DNA from: a virus
IMG/VR virus record: IMGVR_UViG_3300031884_000939
Span: 64,001 to 128,000 of that record
DNA: 64,000 bases
Direction: 5' to 3' (one strand)
Position 1 is the first letter of the stretch, and the number at the start of each line of letters is the position of its first letter. The notes under the pieces were generated by a model that was given only the letters and a program-made list of their open reading frames with translations, made no database searches and was not told the origin of the DNA. Both the position numbers and the translations under genes were made by a program. Positions 20,056-29,060 of this stretch are shown piece by piece.

Positions 20056-20727
20056 TTATTCGTAAAAGATATGATGCCCAGTTTTAGTAATATATCTCTT
20101 GGTGCTAGCCCATACTGGTCGTATTCCAGTAGAATGGAAGTACATAGCAGTACCATATTTGGTACGATATTCACTATATTCCCCGCGGGCAATACCTTCG
20201 GCGATTTGTTTACTTTCTACCCAACGCTCATCATCGGATTTAGGTTTCGAAACGTACCCAGCGCATACCCAGCTAAACTGACATACCGGAACTTGCTGTA
20301 CGACTTCTGTAGTTTTGGTAACAGTTTCTGGGCGACCAAAATAGCCAACATGGACTACTTCTGTCTTTTTAACTTCTCGAGTTTTGGTTACGACTGTACG
20401 AGCTTTTACTACTTCGCATACACTCTTACCAAATCGTGGATCTTGGGCACGATTAATTGTAACGATACCTACAGCAATTTTGCCTTCGGTTGGTTCGCTA
20501 CCCGACTCGTAAAATATGTTACGAGCTAAACACTCTACATCCTTGTCTGAAAGGAATGGTGTCGCAATTAAATTTACAGTACGCTCTACAAAATATGTAG
20601 CTTGGCCAACCATCTGTCCTGTAAATGTTGTATTGTCTGCTAAGACAACTACTTCTTGTTTTACTTCTGCTGCTTGTACTACAATACTGCTTACTACTAG
20701 TAATAACGATAATAAGATATTCTTCAT
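20056..20727 (-). CDS. SleB/Hydrolase_2 cell wall hydrolase, secreted
   Basis: Signal peptide; CLARNIFYES, VCEVV, CQFSW, AMYFH, GHHIFY. Confidence 0.9.
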   Translation of the reverse strand: MKNILLSLLLVVSSIVVQAAEVKQEVVVLADNTTFTGQMVGQATYFVERTVNLIATPFLSDKDVECLARNIFYESGSEPTEGKIAVGIVTINRAQDPRFGKSVCEVVKARTVVTKTREVKKTEVVHVGYFGRPETVTKTTEVVQQVPVCQFSWVCAGYVSKPKSDDERWVESKQIAEGIARGEYSEYRTKYGTAMYFHSTGIRPVWASTKRYITKTGHHIFYE

Positions 20728-20990
20728 TTCGTTCTCCTCACGGCACAACTGGGCCAGTTCAGCGGATGCTCAGGATGAGCGCATTGACAATGATGGAGAG
20801 TGTAGGTACGAGACCTCGGCCTTCTTTGGCATTTACTCTTTCGTATATTAAACAACTAATATACAATACCATATTGTCAACGAAAAGGATTTCCGAAGTC
20901 CTCTTTCGAATCGGATTCAAACTGACATCCGGTGCGTGACTTACATTTATATTCCGGACAAGCCCGTTCGGTGTTCGCTACTATATATAC
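20728..20990 (-). ncRNA. Candidate structured 5' leader of the cell wall hydrolase
   Basis: GC-richer, ORF-poor 260 nt with several stems (GTCCGG/CCGGAT, CGAAAGAGGA/TCCTTTTCG, GTATATTAG/TTAATATAC). Confidence 0.35.
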
Positions 20991-21054
20991 TTACTAAGTT
21001 TACTACAGAACAATAAAAAAAGCAATCATTTCGGTACCTTTTTGCCGTTAACTA

Positions 21055-21672
21055 CTAATATAATGGCTCCGGTGGAGGCATAGCTTTAAGTTTAGCCCAC
21101 ATCTCACCTTGTTCCTTTAATTTGGCTTCTAATGCGCGATACTTGTCGCCTAATTCTTTAAGTTCATCCCATTCCTTTTCCAATTCTGGATTTGGAACTA
21201 AGACATTTAATCTTTCTTCAAGTTTTTGTATGACATCAGTTAAACTACGACCATTAATTTTTATGTCAGCGTTATCGCCTTCGAGATTTAATTGACCAGT
21301 AGCATTGGTGTATAAAGAAGTATTAGTGGCGTTAGTTGCGCCAAAATTATATCCAGTTCCTGCTCCGGCAGAGATAGTATATGGGCCAGTGTTAGCTCCA
21401 GTTAAACTAGGAGAGATTGTGTATCCGCCGCCAATAACAGTATTACTATACAACGATCCAGATGCTGCTCCTGGATTAAGTGTAATGGTATCAGTTGTCG
21501 CACCGTTATTATAAGTTAAATCAAACGGATTATATGAACTTGAATATTCATAACCTGCTATTGTAACAGTATCTTCTGTTTCTGTTACCGGAGTCGGGTC
21601 ATTAATTTTTTTAAGTGCGTTACGAATTTCATCCAATTGTTCTTGAGCCAATTGCTCTTGCGTAAGGTCCAT
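21055..21672 (-). CDS. Hypothetical protein with G/T-rich middle and coiled-coil end
   Basis: ADIKINGRSL...IEERL-like segment and PNPELEKEWDELKELG. Confidence 0.65.
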   Translation of the reverse strand: MDLTQEQLAQEQLDEIRNALKKINDPTPVTETEDTVTIAGYEYSSSYNPFDLTYNNGATTDTITLNPGAASGSLYSNTVIGGGYTISPSLTGANTGPYTISAGAGTGYNFGATNATNTSLYTNATGQLNLEGDNADIKINGRSLTDVIQKLEERLNVLVPNPELEKEWDELKELGDKYRALEAKLKEQGEMWAKLKAMPPPEPLY

Positions 21673-21803
21673 GTGCCATCCTTATTATCAATCCACTCTA
21701 GCGTGTCGCCGACCTTCCAGCCGGCTTCACGACAGAGCTCATCACCGAGATCCAGGATTAAGTCGCCTGTATCTGGATCTTCGATGATATTTCTTGTTGC
21801 CAT
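21585..21803 (-). CDS. AbrB/SpoVT-like small protein
   Basis: EDPDTGDLILDL..ELC..AGWKVGDTLEW. Confidence 0.55.
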   Translation of the reverse strand: MATRNIIEDPDTGDLILDLGDELCREAGWKVGDTLEWIDNKDGTWTLRKSNWLKNNWMKFVTHLKKLMTRLR

Positions 21804-21804
21804 A

Positions 21805-21993
21805 TTACTTAACAGACAATGCTTCTTTTTCTGCTGTAATTTCTTTACGACGCTCTTTGATGCCCTTAGACATTTCTTGTAATGCTTTACGTGCCCTGGC
21901 GGCAGATGCTTTAACGCCTTTAGTTGTAAACTTAGTGTTTTCTTCGATATATGTATTATAAGCCGCTACAATAGCGTCATGTTGTTGTGACAT
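21805..21993 (-). CDS. Hc1/histone-H1-like basic protein
   Basis: KFTTKGVKASAARARKALQEM...RRKEI. Confidence 0.6.
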   Translation of the reverse strand: MSQQHDAIVAAYNTYIEENTKFTTKGVKASAARARKALQEMSKGIKERRKEITAEKEALSVK

Positions 21994-22072
21994 TTAATTT
22001 CCTTTATATTAATATTATGCTTTCGCATTACACTATAATACGCATTAATGCGCTAATAGTCAACCTTATTGA

Positions 22073-22750
22073 TTAAGTTGTTTTTTTCTTACAGCGATCC
22101 ATGTGCCATCTTTTCATGATACTAAGACCGCCAGTTTTATTACAATGAGGACAAGTTATTACTTCTTTAATTCCTGCCCTTATTCCTACTAACTCGCCCG
22201 ATGCTAACCGAGGATCGTCTACTGATACCTGCATAACATTGCCATTTTTATCTTTTACTGTAGTAGTTCCGGCTGTAGCATTAACTAACTCGCCAGTTTT
22301 AATTCTAATATCATCTACTGCTACTCTAAATTTATTGCCAGCTTTATCAACTACGGTTACCTTACCTTTAGTATGTGCTACTAACTCTCCGGATATAAAC
22401 CGAGGATCGTCAACGGCTACTCTAAATTTATTACCGGCTTTATCTATCACTGGAGTAGTGCCTTTATTGCGTCCTTTAGGACCAAACCCTCCGCCAGACT
22501 CAGGAATCCTATTAGCCCATTCTGCGCTCTCAACTATATTCCATTTCTCACTAAGTCGTCGCCCTTCATTATCAATTACCGATTTATCATCAGATTGACA
22601 TATTATTTCAGTAATATGATTCTTTCCGTGCTCTGCTAAATGTAGTTTCCAGTCAACCCCGGATCCTCGATATTTAAACGGATCCCGTTCTGTCTGTCCC
22701 AGATACTTTAATCCAGTAACCGAGTGAGTCTTAAGATAAAGATAGTGCAT
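22073..22750 (-). mobile_element. Free-standing GIY-YIG (Seg-like) homing endonuclease
   Basis: YLYLKTHSVTGLKYLGQT...YRGSG; three ~31-aa repeats; C-terminal CPHC...RWH..C. Confidence 0.8.
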
Positions 22751-22793
22751 ACTAGTTAATTATACACGATTTACAATAATAGTCAAATTTTTA

Positions 22794-23036
22794 TTAGAAA
22801 TAAACGTGTCGTTTGGCATAACAGTCCCAAACTAATATATTGTCCCAACTATGTGTCCAAGTTACTATAAACAGACTAAGGGTATTGTGGTCAAAGATAT
22901 GTAATTTATTGTCATCTACTCTTGCTTGAATTGAACGGCTAGTAGTTGTCCATTTTTGTAAACGGTTTCGTGCTTCTGGATCTCTCATTATTACGGTATA
23001 CAGAGAGTCACCGTTTTTAAAAACTGGTAAGGTCAT
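22794..23036 (-). CDS. Hypothetical protein
   Basis: 80 aa ORF coupled to the upstream gene. Confidence 0.6.
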   Translation of the reverse strand: MTLPVFKNGDSLYTVIMRDPEARNRLQKWTTTSRSIQARVDDNKLHIFDHNTLSLFIVTWTHSWDNILVWDCYAKRHVYF

Positions 23037-23782
23037 TTACGTTCTATATCTTCTTCTTGACAGTCTTCACCATATTGTATTTCAACTATGCGACACGGAT
23101 TGTCTGACATATTAATTAATTGGTGCCAAGTATTTACTGGAATGTCAATTGTTTCGTGTGTGCTGAGTTTTACAATATTGTCATCACCTGCTACACGACC
23201 TTCGCCTTCTTCTACTACCCAATACTCGCTACGCTTAAAATGTCGTTGCATACTTAAACTCTTACCTGGATTGACTGTAAGCTCTTTAACCTTCATGCCC
23301 GGAGCTTCGTGTAGTACACGATAATGACCCCATTGGCGTTCTGTTTTAGGCGCTTTCCATTCTTGTAGTATCCAAGATGATGAATTCATTTTGTTTTCGC
23401 CACCAACTCCAAATACAAATTCTAGATTGCTATCGACTAAATCCATTTCAGGAATGTTGGTACTAGTTCTATCGCCACCGTTAGCAAATATAATCTTATC
23501 ATTTGGATAACTTTGTCGGGCCATTGTGATAGCGTGTTTAGCTGAGTTATCTGAATCATTGAAGTCAATAACATAATCAACTCCTACAATGTTTTGTACG
23601 ATAGCCGAGCGTTCCGAATAAGGCATAAATGCTCGTCCTTTTTTACGCATCAGCCAAGCATCTGAATTAACACCAACTACTAATATATCTCCCAGCTTTT
23701 TTGCGGCTTGAAGGTAAGCAATATGTCCAGAGTGTAGCGGATCAAAGCCGCCAGTTACTACAACAATTTTTAAAGGTTTCAT
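23033..23782 (-). CDS. Cytidylyltransferase (RfaE/TagD-like) fused to a mannose-6-P-isomerase-type cupin
   Basis: TGGFDPLHSGH, GVNSD.WL.RKKG, FANGGDR; SLSMQRHFKRSEYW, VEIQYG..C.EEDI. Confidence 0.88.
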   Translation of the reverse strand: MKPLKIVVVTGGFDPLHSGHIAYLQAAKKLGDILVVGVNSDAWLMRKKGRAFMPYSERSAIVQNIVGVDYVIDFNDSDNSAKHAITMARQSYPNDKIIFANGGDRTSTNIPEMDLVDSNLEFVFGVGGENKMNSSSWILQEWKAPKTERQWGHYRVLHEAPGMKVKELTVNPGKSLSMQRHFKRSEYWVVEEGEGRVAGDDNIVKLSTHETIDIPVNTWHQLINMSDNPCRIVEIQYGEDCQEEDIERK

Positions 23783-24025
23783 TTAATGTAAAGTTTGGTT
23801 ACCGCTATCGGCTGATGTTAAATCAACCATTTGAGAAATGTATTTACTAAAATCATCTGTGAGCTCTATACGATCTTCATCACACTCTTGCGCTTCTTCA
23901 TCGCTAACACCAATTAAGCGCATCAAGGCACCCATATGAACTTCTTTGATGCCATGTTTATGTAGCACCATCATTAGTTCCATTATGATTAGCCTAACTT
24001 CTTGATCAATTTCAGCATCAGTCAT
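23783..24025 (-). CDS. Hypothetical protein
   Basis: 80 aa ORF abutting the next gene. Confidence 0.6.
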   Translation of the reverse strand: MTDAEIDQEVRLIIMELMMVLHKHGIKEVHMGALMRLIGVSDEEAQECDEDRIELTDDFSKYISQMVDLTSADSGNQTLH

Positions 24026-24060
24026 ACTTTTAATTATCCAAACTGAAATTATAGTTGTGA

Positions 24061-24080
24061 AAAAGCGGCCGAAGCCGCTT
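24061..24080 (-). terminator. Intrinsic terminator
   Basis: AAGCGGC-TTCG-GCCGCTT followed by a T tract on the minus strand. Confidence 0.85.
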
Positions 24081-24096
24081 ATAATACTAACTGTTA

Positions 24097-24852
24097 TTAA
24101 TTTTTTAAGTTTTTATCAAAGAATTCTTTAGTTTTAATAGCTGATTGAGTAGCCGCAAACTCATCCCAAGCTAACGCATGGCCGCCCCATTTAATTCTAT
24201 ATGCTACAGGTAAATCAAAGGAATGGTAAGCATCAGGGTAAGAATTAATGTCGTGCTTTGGATTATTATATTCTTTTAATGCTACGCATGGGCCCGGTAA
24301 TGTCCAATCATCTTTGGCGCCCACATGCATTTGTAATGGGACCAAAGGATTCTTTTCAAGTTCAGTTACACAATTACCATAATATGATATCATAGCATCT
24401 ACGGATCGTTTTGCTCGTTTAGTTGGGGCAAATGAATTGATAGCAGAGCCACCATGACTCCAACCAATTACACCAATTTTACCTTTGTGCCAAGGTTGTT
24501 GCTTAATCCATTGTGATACATATTCAATATCATATGTGCGTGACCATGCTGAATTTCTTACACCATTTACGCATTCGTGTGTGTAACCACGCTCTGTAAA
24601 ACTGTCTGGCAATACAACATTGTATCCGTAAGTTTGATAAAGCTGAGCCCAACCTATTTCATGTGGGTCAAGTCCAAAGCAGGTGTGTAAAGCAATAATA
24701 GTTGGTGCTGGGTGGTCTTGTTTTAATACCATTACACCAATATTGAAATCTTGTTTTAAGTAATCATCATGTACCAATACATGATCATCGAAAAAATATG
24801 CTTGTGCTGTTAAACAATAACCTAACATCAGTGTCATTAATAGTTTACGCAT
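24097..24852 (-). CDS. Secreted dienelactone-hydrolase-family alpha/beta hydrolase
   Basis: GWSHGG nucleophile elbow, GAKDDW, YPDAYHSFD; signal peptide. Confidence 0.85.
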   Translation of the reverse strand: MRKLLMTLMLGYCLTAQAYFFDDHVLVHDDYLKQDFNIGVMVLKQDHPAPTIIALHTCFGLDPHEIGWAQLYQTYGYNVVLPDSFTERGYTHECVNGVRNSAWSRTYDIEYVSQWIKQQPWHKGKIGVIGWSHGGSAINSFAPTKRAKRSVDAMISYYGNCVTELEKNPLVPLQMHVGAKDDWTLPGPCVALKEYNNPKHDINSYPDAYHSFDLPVAYRIKWGGHALAWDEFAATQSAIKTKEFFDKNLKN

Positions 24853-24931
24853 TTTTGTTCCGTATATAAAAATAGTTGTCTGAAGTTAAATTAATGCTAA
24901 AGGACTTACGGCCAAAGCCTGCCTTTAGTTA

Positions 24932-25258
24932 TTAGGCTGTTACTTTTGGTGTAGCCTTGGCAGTAGCTTTTACGCTAGTTGCCTTAACTTTAACTTCGCC
25001 TTTTTTGGCTAGTTTAGTTTTTTCAGCTACTTTGCTTGCTACTGCGTAGCCAGCGTCACCTTGTGTGATGCCTTGCTCTTGAAGATACTGAAGTGCTTCA
25101 AGTTTTGTCATTGGCTTTGGGAGCTCAACGAGATTTACATCTGTGTGTCCAGCGCGATGTAACGCTTTAATACGGCTTACCAAATCATTGGCAAAACGAA
25201 CTTTAACCTCGCCTTGACGATTAGATGTACCTGCTACTGTGAATAAAGATTGTGTCAT
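24932..25258 (-). CDS. Hypothetical protein (paralog of 57017-57418)
   Basis: FTVAGTS..GEVKVRFAND...GHTDVNLVELPKPMTK. Confidence 0.7.
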   Translation of the reverse strand: MTQSLFTVAGTSNRQGEVKVRFANDLVSRIKALHRAGHTDVNLVELPKPMTKLEALQYLQEQGITQGDAGYAVASKVAEKTKLAKKGEVKVKATSVKATAKATPKVTA

Positions 25259-25378
25259 TTTGATGCCTTTCTAAGATGCCTGTTTAAGTTAATTTAAATT
25301 TACTACTTTACTACTGTTACTAGTATAGCTGATTTGATTATATTTGTCAACTATATTAGTTCTTTTGGTTTACCAAAA

Positions 25379-25507
25379 TTACTTTGCTTGTTCTTGGATA
25401 ACCGTTTTGGTTTGATCAATACCTTTATCTACTACACGGGCAATACCACTTAGACCCACTGTAGAAATAGCGATACCAACAAATACTCCAACCAAAAACT
25501 TAGTCAT
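25379..25507 (-). CDS. Small membrane protein
   Basis: MTKFLVGVFVGIAISTVGLSGIARVVDKGIDQTKTVIQEQAK; GGAGG upstream. Confidence 0.6.
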   Translation of the reverse strand: MTKFLVGVFVGIAISTVGLSGIARVVDKGIDQTKTVIQEQAK

Positions 25508-25625
25508 TTTCCGCCTCCTCTTCCTGCTCTACAATATAGTTAATATCGAAACGCTTACACCAATCCGCATATTCGCGTTCGAACTGTTCTTGTTCTTTGG
25601 CTTCCAATTCAAATACCTGTTCCAT
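25500..25625 (-). CDS. Small acidic protein
   Basis: 41 aa MEQVFELEAK..., coupled on both sides. Confidence 0.45.
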   Translation of the reverse strand: MEQVFELEAKEQEQFEREYADWCKRFDINYIVEQEEEAEND

Positions 25626-26029
25626 TATTTCACCTCGTATGGTTGATCCCACGCACCAATATTAATATCAATATAATATGCTGTGTCAAAGTAATCTGTC
25701 ATTGCGTCACTGCGGTCATAGTAGCCAGTACCTTTGTGATAACCTTCACCGCGGATTGGAGCTGTTTTGATAATTTGCTGAACTTGCTTTAAAAATGGTG
25801 CGTGTTCTTTGTAAAAACTATCAATATGGTAACCATTAATTTGTGCGTACTGACGTTTTTGATTGTACGCATCTTGATTAAAGATTGAACTAAAGTCTGT
25901 TGGACCTGATTTGATAGTTACCGATACAGCCATACCATCACGTTTACGAACACCAAACTTGAACTCAGGGAAAGTTTCTTTAAGTTCTTTACGAATCTGT
26001 GCTACATCTTTTGCGTTAATATAAGCCAT
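25625..26029 (-). CDS. LPD29-like early protein
   Basis: AQIRKELKETFPEFKFGVRK...DRSDAMTDYFDTAYY. Confidence 0.65.
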   Translation of the reverse strand: MAYINAKDVAQIRKELKETFPEFKFGVRKRDGMAVSVTIKSGPTDFSSIFNQDAYNQKRQYAQINGYHIDSFYKEHAPFLKQVQQIIKTAPIRGEGYHKGTGYYDRSDAMTDYFDTAYYIDINIGAWDQPYEVK

Positions 26030-26044
26030 TTAAAACTCCTTTTT

Positions 26045-26090
26045 GTTTACTATAATGCAAGTATAGTGCCAAATGAATTAATCGTCAACC
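26045..26090 (-). promoter_or_regulatory. Early sigma70 promoter with ATAGTAAAC box
   Basis: GGTTGACG-N17-TATACT-N6-ATAGTAAAC. Confidence 0.85.
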
Positions 26091-26093
26091 GAA

Positions 26094-26405
26094 TTACATA
26101 CTCCAGTAAGTTTCGCTAGCAGGGGATAAAAACAATGGGGTATTAGCCTTTTCCATGTACTTTTTACCAGTCATTATGTTGGTTCTTTCAACTAAATCGT
26201 TGTTTTCATACAACGAAACTTTGAGCTGTTTAAGGTTCATATCAATAGCGCAAAGACGAGCTGTACGGTTACCATTGTATTTTACATCAATCCACGGAAC
26301 TGTATTGCCTGCGGCATTTTCGCTAAGAACAATATTAGTAATTTCGCCATTCAATTTACCAGCTGCGCTTACCCAACTAATTTGATTTCCGATTGCTAAT
26401 TTCAT
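26094..26405 (-). CDS. Early hypothetical protein
   Basis: Strong RBS; C-terminal NIMTGKKY.E..NTP...SPASETYWSM. Confidence 0.7.
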   Translation of the reverse strand: MKLAIGNQISWVSAAGKLNGEITNIVLSENAAGNTVPWIDVKYNGNRTARLCAIDMNLKQLKVSLYENNDLVERTNIMTGKKYMEKANTPLFLSPASETYWSM

Positions 26406-26420
26406 TTGCTTCTCCTATTT

Positions 26421-26466
26421 GTTTACTATGTTAATAGTATAACAAATTGGCAATTTCTCGTCAACC
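26421..26466 (-). promoter_or_regulatory. Early sigma70 promoter with ATAGTAAAC box
   Basis: GGTTGACG-N17-TATACT-N6-ATAGTAAAC. Confidence 0.85.
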
Positions 26467-26481
26467 TTTTGGAAATCCCAC

Positions 26482-26505
26482 AAAAAAGCCCCAATTAAGG
26501 GGCTT
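26482..26505 (-). terminator. Intrinsic terminator
   Basis: AAGCCCC-TTAATT-GGGGC-TTTTTT; same stem-loop as at 61392. Confidence 0.85.
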
Positions 26506-26530
26506 AAAAGTGTTGTATATACACAACGAA

Positions 26531-26662
26531 TTAGAGTGTAATTAGCTCGTAATCTGACTTACTTACACCACACTCCGGGCAACATACATCGTCTGGAAGT
26601 GCTTCCCAATCTGCTACTGATAACTCGTGTCCGCATACTACACATCGCATGATTTGATTCAT
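26531..26662 (-). CDS. Rubredoxin-like protein (43 aa)
   Basis: Manual translation MNQIMRCVVCGHELSVADWEALPDDVCCPECGVSKSDYELITL; two CxxC, WEALPDD..CP.CGV.K. Confidence 0.8.
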   Translation of the reverse strand: MNQIMRCVVCGHELSVADWEALPDDVCCPECGVSKSDYELITL

Positions 26663-27111
26663 TATAGTGTCTCCAATTTAGTTTGATATGCTTCGGCATG
26701 GCGTTTTTCAACTCCAGCCAATGCTTTAAAACGCTTTTCAGCTTTAGCCAATACTTCAGCAAATTGTTCAGCGTGTTCTTTTGATTCTTCGATTTGGTGC
26801 TGTGCTTCGATGGCAGCCTGTTGATTACCTTCCTCAACTGCTTCTTTAAGCATTGTTGGGTACATATAGGTAAACTCTTCGGTCTCGCCGTCGATAGCCT
26901 TTTGTAAACATTCTTTGGTAGTTGGCTTACCGATAAGCAATTCTAAATGGCCCCATGCGTGTAGCAATTCTTGGTCTGCCGTGTGTTCGAAATGCTTTGC
27001 TACTTCCTCATAGCCTTCGGCACGAGCAATCTTAGCAAAATAACGATACTTGATATGAGCTTGTGACTCGCCGGCCAATGCCGACTCAAGATTTTTAATA
27101 GTAATACTCAT
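26662..27111 (-). CDS. Rubrerythrin (ferritin-like di-iron domain)
   Basis: NLESALAGESQA..KY.YFAKIA, QELLHA, GETEEFTYMYP, ESKEHA, VEKRHA. Confidence 0.92.
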   Translation of the reverse strand: MSITIKNLESALAGESQAHIKYRYFAKIARAEGYEEVAKHFEHTADQELLHAWGHLELLIGKPTTKECLQKAIDGETEEFTYMYPTMLKEAVEEGNQQAAIEAQHQIEESKEHAEQFAEVLAKAEKRFKALAGVEKRHAEAYQTKLETL

Positions 27112-27136
27112 TGACATCTCCTTATAGTAAAGTAAT

Positions 27137-27224
27137 ATTGTAATAGTATTTACTAATAAGATCAAGCGAAATTAGCGATTTTTTCAATAATAATTTTAAT
27201 AACGCTTATTGATTTTTTCAATAA
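27137..27224 (-). promoter_or_regulatory. Rubrerythrin promoter with upstream OxyR/LysR-like box
   Basis: TTGATC-N17-TACAAT; upstream ATTG-N7-CAAT-N7-ATTA; 14-nt direct repeat at 27177 and 27211. Confidence 0.55.
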
Positions 27225-27229
27225 CAAAA

Positions 27230-27886
27230 TTATAATAATGCCAAAACTTGTTCAGCAGTTAAATCTGGAAACTCTATACAAAATGTAAATCGGTCAACCG
27301 TATCTTTAATCTCATGTGCCGAATGAAACTCTAGTTGATTAAACAGATACCAAACGTCTTTCTCCATTACTAATCTATATACTTCTTCTAAGTGGTCTGG
27401 ATTAGCATATTTGAGGAAATCATATTCAGTAAAGTCTACAATTTTTTTATAGAATCTAGTTTCCATATCAGGTTCAGATAATACAACAAAGAAGCTAGAT
27501 TTTCTTAAATGGTCAGTATGTAATAATAGATAATCCCCATCTCCTGCGTGTTGTAAAGTTAACACTATGTTTTGATTCTTAATACTATTTGGCAATAAGT
27601 TAATAATTTCTTGTGTAGCTTCTTTACTGATGTCGTAGTGATTAAACTTACATCGCTTGCCATATAGTTCTTCGGATCGTCGTAACCTTTCGGCAAATTC
27701 TAAGGCTTGATCCTTTGTCATTATAGATTCAGGAATAGTTTGGCCCGATGGGTCTTTTTTAAACCACTCCCTTGCTTCTAAGTGATACGGCTCTCGGACT
27801 GTATAGCTTTTACTGTTAATAATTTCATTAACGATAGCTGTAACTTTGGATAAGTCAATGGGCGATTCTTTTAAGTAGAAACTCAT
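27230..27886 (-). CDS. Putative 2OG-Fe(II) oxygenase-like protein
   Basis: LLHTD...FHSA...R HxD..H pattern. Confidence 0.5.
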   Translation of the reverse strand: MSFYLKESPIDLSKVTAIVNEIINSKSYTVREPYHLEAREWFKKDPSGQTIPESIMTKDQALEFAERLRRSEELYGKRCKFNHYDISKEATQEIINLLPNSIKNQNIVLTLQHAGDGDYLLLHTDHLRKSSFFVVLSEPDMETRFYKKIVDFTEYDFLKYANPDHLEEVYRLVMEKDVWYLFNQLEFHSAHEIKDTVDRFTFCIEFPDLTAEQVLALL

Positions 27887-28077
27887 CAGTGTACTGATTC
27901 GTCCTCGTAGCCAATGAATACATTACACCCTCGCTGTCGAGCTTCATCCAATGCTTGTTCAGTAGCAGCATCGCATACCAATTCGAACATTTCATCAATC
28001 TCATTCTGAGTTAAATGTTCTTCTCCGATAAGTCCTGCGAATACTGCTTCTGCTACCATTAATCTATCGTCTGTCAT
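27886..28077 (-). CDS. Hypothetical protein
   Basis: Coupled ORF. Confidence 0.55.
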   Translation of the reverse strand: MTDDRLMVAEAVFAGLIGEEHLTQNEIDEMFELVCDAATEQALDEARQRGCNVFIGYEDESVH

Positions 28078-28241
28078 TATTTCTCCGTTGGAGTAAATCG
28101 TTCGTTAAATGCTTCTGTACGACAAGTAAATTCCTCGCCGAGATGATTAGTGTATTTGATCCAATCATCTTGATCTACTGTGTATCGTTCTTTAACATAA
28201 AAGATTCTTGAATCTTTATCCATATAAACTATTTGTACCAT
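28077..28241 (-). CDS. Hypothetical protein
   Basis: Probable start MVQIV; EFTCRTEAF.ERF. Confidence 0.55.
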   Translation of the reverse strand: MVQIVYMDKDSRIFYVKERYTVDQDDWIKYTNHLGEEFTCRTEAFNERFTPTEK

Positions 28242-28591
28242 TATTGATTCCTTGCTAATCTTGCTTCGCGATGTGCGTTCCAACTTGCGTCTAAGTTGGC
28301 ATTTTGTCTAAACAATTTGTCGTATGCTCTGTCAGTGATACCATACAAATTGCCTTCTTGTTGTGATTCAAAAAAATTATAATCTATTGTCCATCTAGGA
28401 ATAATTGTAACCAATGCGTCTGCGTCATGTAATACCGGAAGTTGTTTCCACTGGAACATTAGTCGATCCACACAAGATTTCCAATATGTTTTAGACCATT
28501 CAGATTTTGCGCTGGCTAAACTTTTACGAGCCGCATCTAACCGTCCACCGAGCACTTCTGCTTCTTCACCTAAAAAACGATATGATTTCAT
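28241..28591 (-). CDS. Hypothetical protein
   Basis: 116 aa coupled ORF. Confidence 0.6.
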   Translation of the reverse strand: MKSYRFLGEEAEVLGGRLDAARKSLASAKSEWSKTYWKSCVDRLMFQWKQLPVLHDADALVTIIPRWTIDYNFFESQQEGNLYGITDRAYDKLFRQNANLDASWNAHREARLARNQ

Positions 28592-28776
28592 TATACACTT
28601 TCCTTAATATGAAGTTCTTCTACTAAGTCATGCGCTAGATTTAATGCCATCATTGCGCCAAGATATACTAACCTTCGTTCGTTGTCATCGCCAGAGCAAT
28701 TTTCTGTCATAGACATAAGTTCTTCAAACGATTTTGGTGTAACAAATAGCCCCGAATGGGGAATGGGATTTAACAT
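28591..28776 (-). CDS. Early hypothetical protein
   Basis: AGGAG RBS and TTGACA..TATAAT promoter upstream. Confidence 0.65.
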   Translation of the reverse strand: MLNPIPHSGLFVTPKSFEELMSMTENCSGDDNERRLVYLGAMMALNLAHDLVEELHIKESV

Positions 28777-28829
28777 TTAAACTCCTTTATCTAACTATAG
28801 AACTATTATAGCAAAATTGGATTTAATTG

Positions 28830-29060
28830 TCAACTCCACTTCATTAAGAAGGAAAGATAGTCTCTTTCGGAGTCAAAATAGAAGATATATTCACCATTTT
28901 TGGTATGAGTGCTTACTTCTATTAGTTGCCAGCGCCATTCGGCTACCAATTCATGTTTACACCAATCCAATATTTGTTCAATAATGCCAAAAGATTTAAT
29001 TATTCTGTGAGCATGATTATATTGCTCTTTTGAATGAATAAATTCACCTTGTATTATCAT
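28830..29060 (-). CDS. F-x-L-K-W family micro-protein
   Basis: Ends FYFDSERDYLSFLMKWS. Confidence 0.7.
   Translation of the reverse strand: MIIQGEFIHSKEQYNHAHRIIKSFGIIEQILDWCKHELVAEWRWQLIEVSTHTKNGEYIFYFDSERDYLSFLMKWS

Noticed and set aside
20740-20830. c-di-AMP (ydaO) riboswitch before the SleB-like gene
   Set aside because: Only a CGCUGAA fragment matches; the second GGGUGAA and CCCGAACC..UCAGCUAAC elements are absent
26559-26837. 92-aa ORF overlapping rubrerythrin
   Set aside because: Alternative-frame overlap; the region is better explained by rubrerythrin plus the 43-aa rubredoxin
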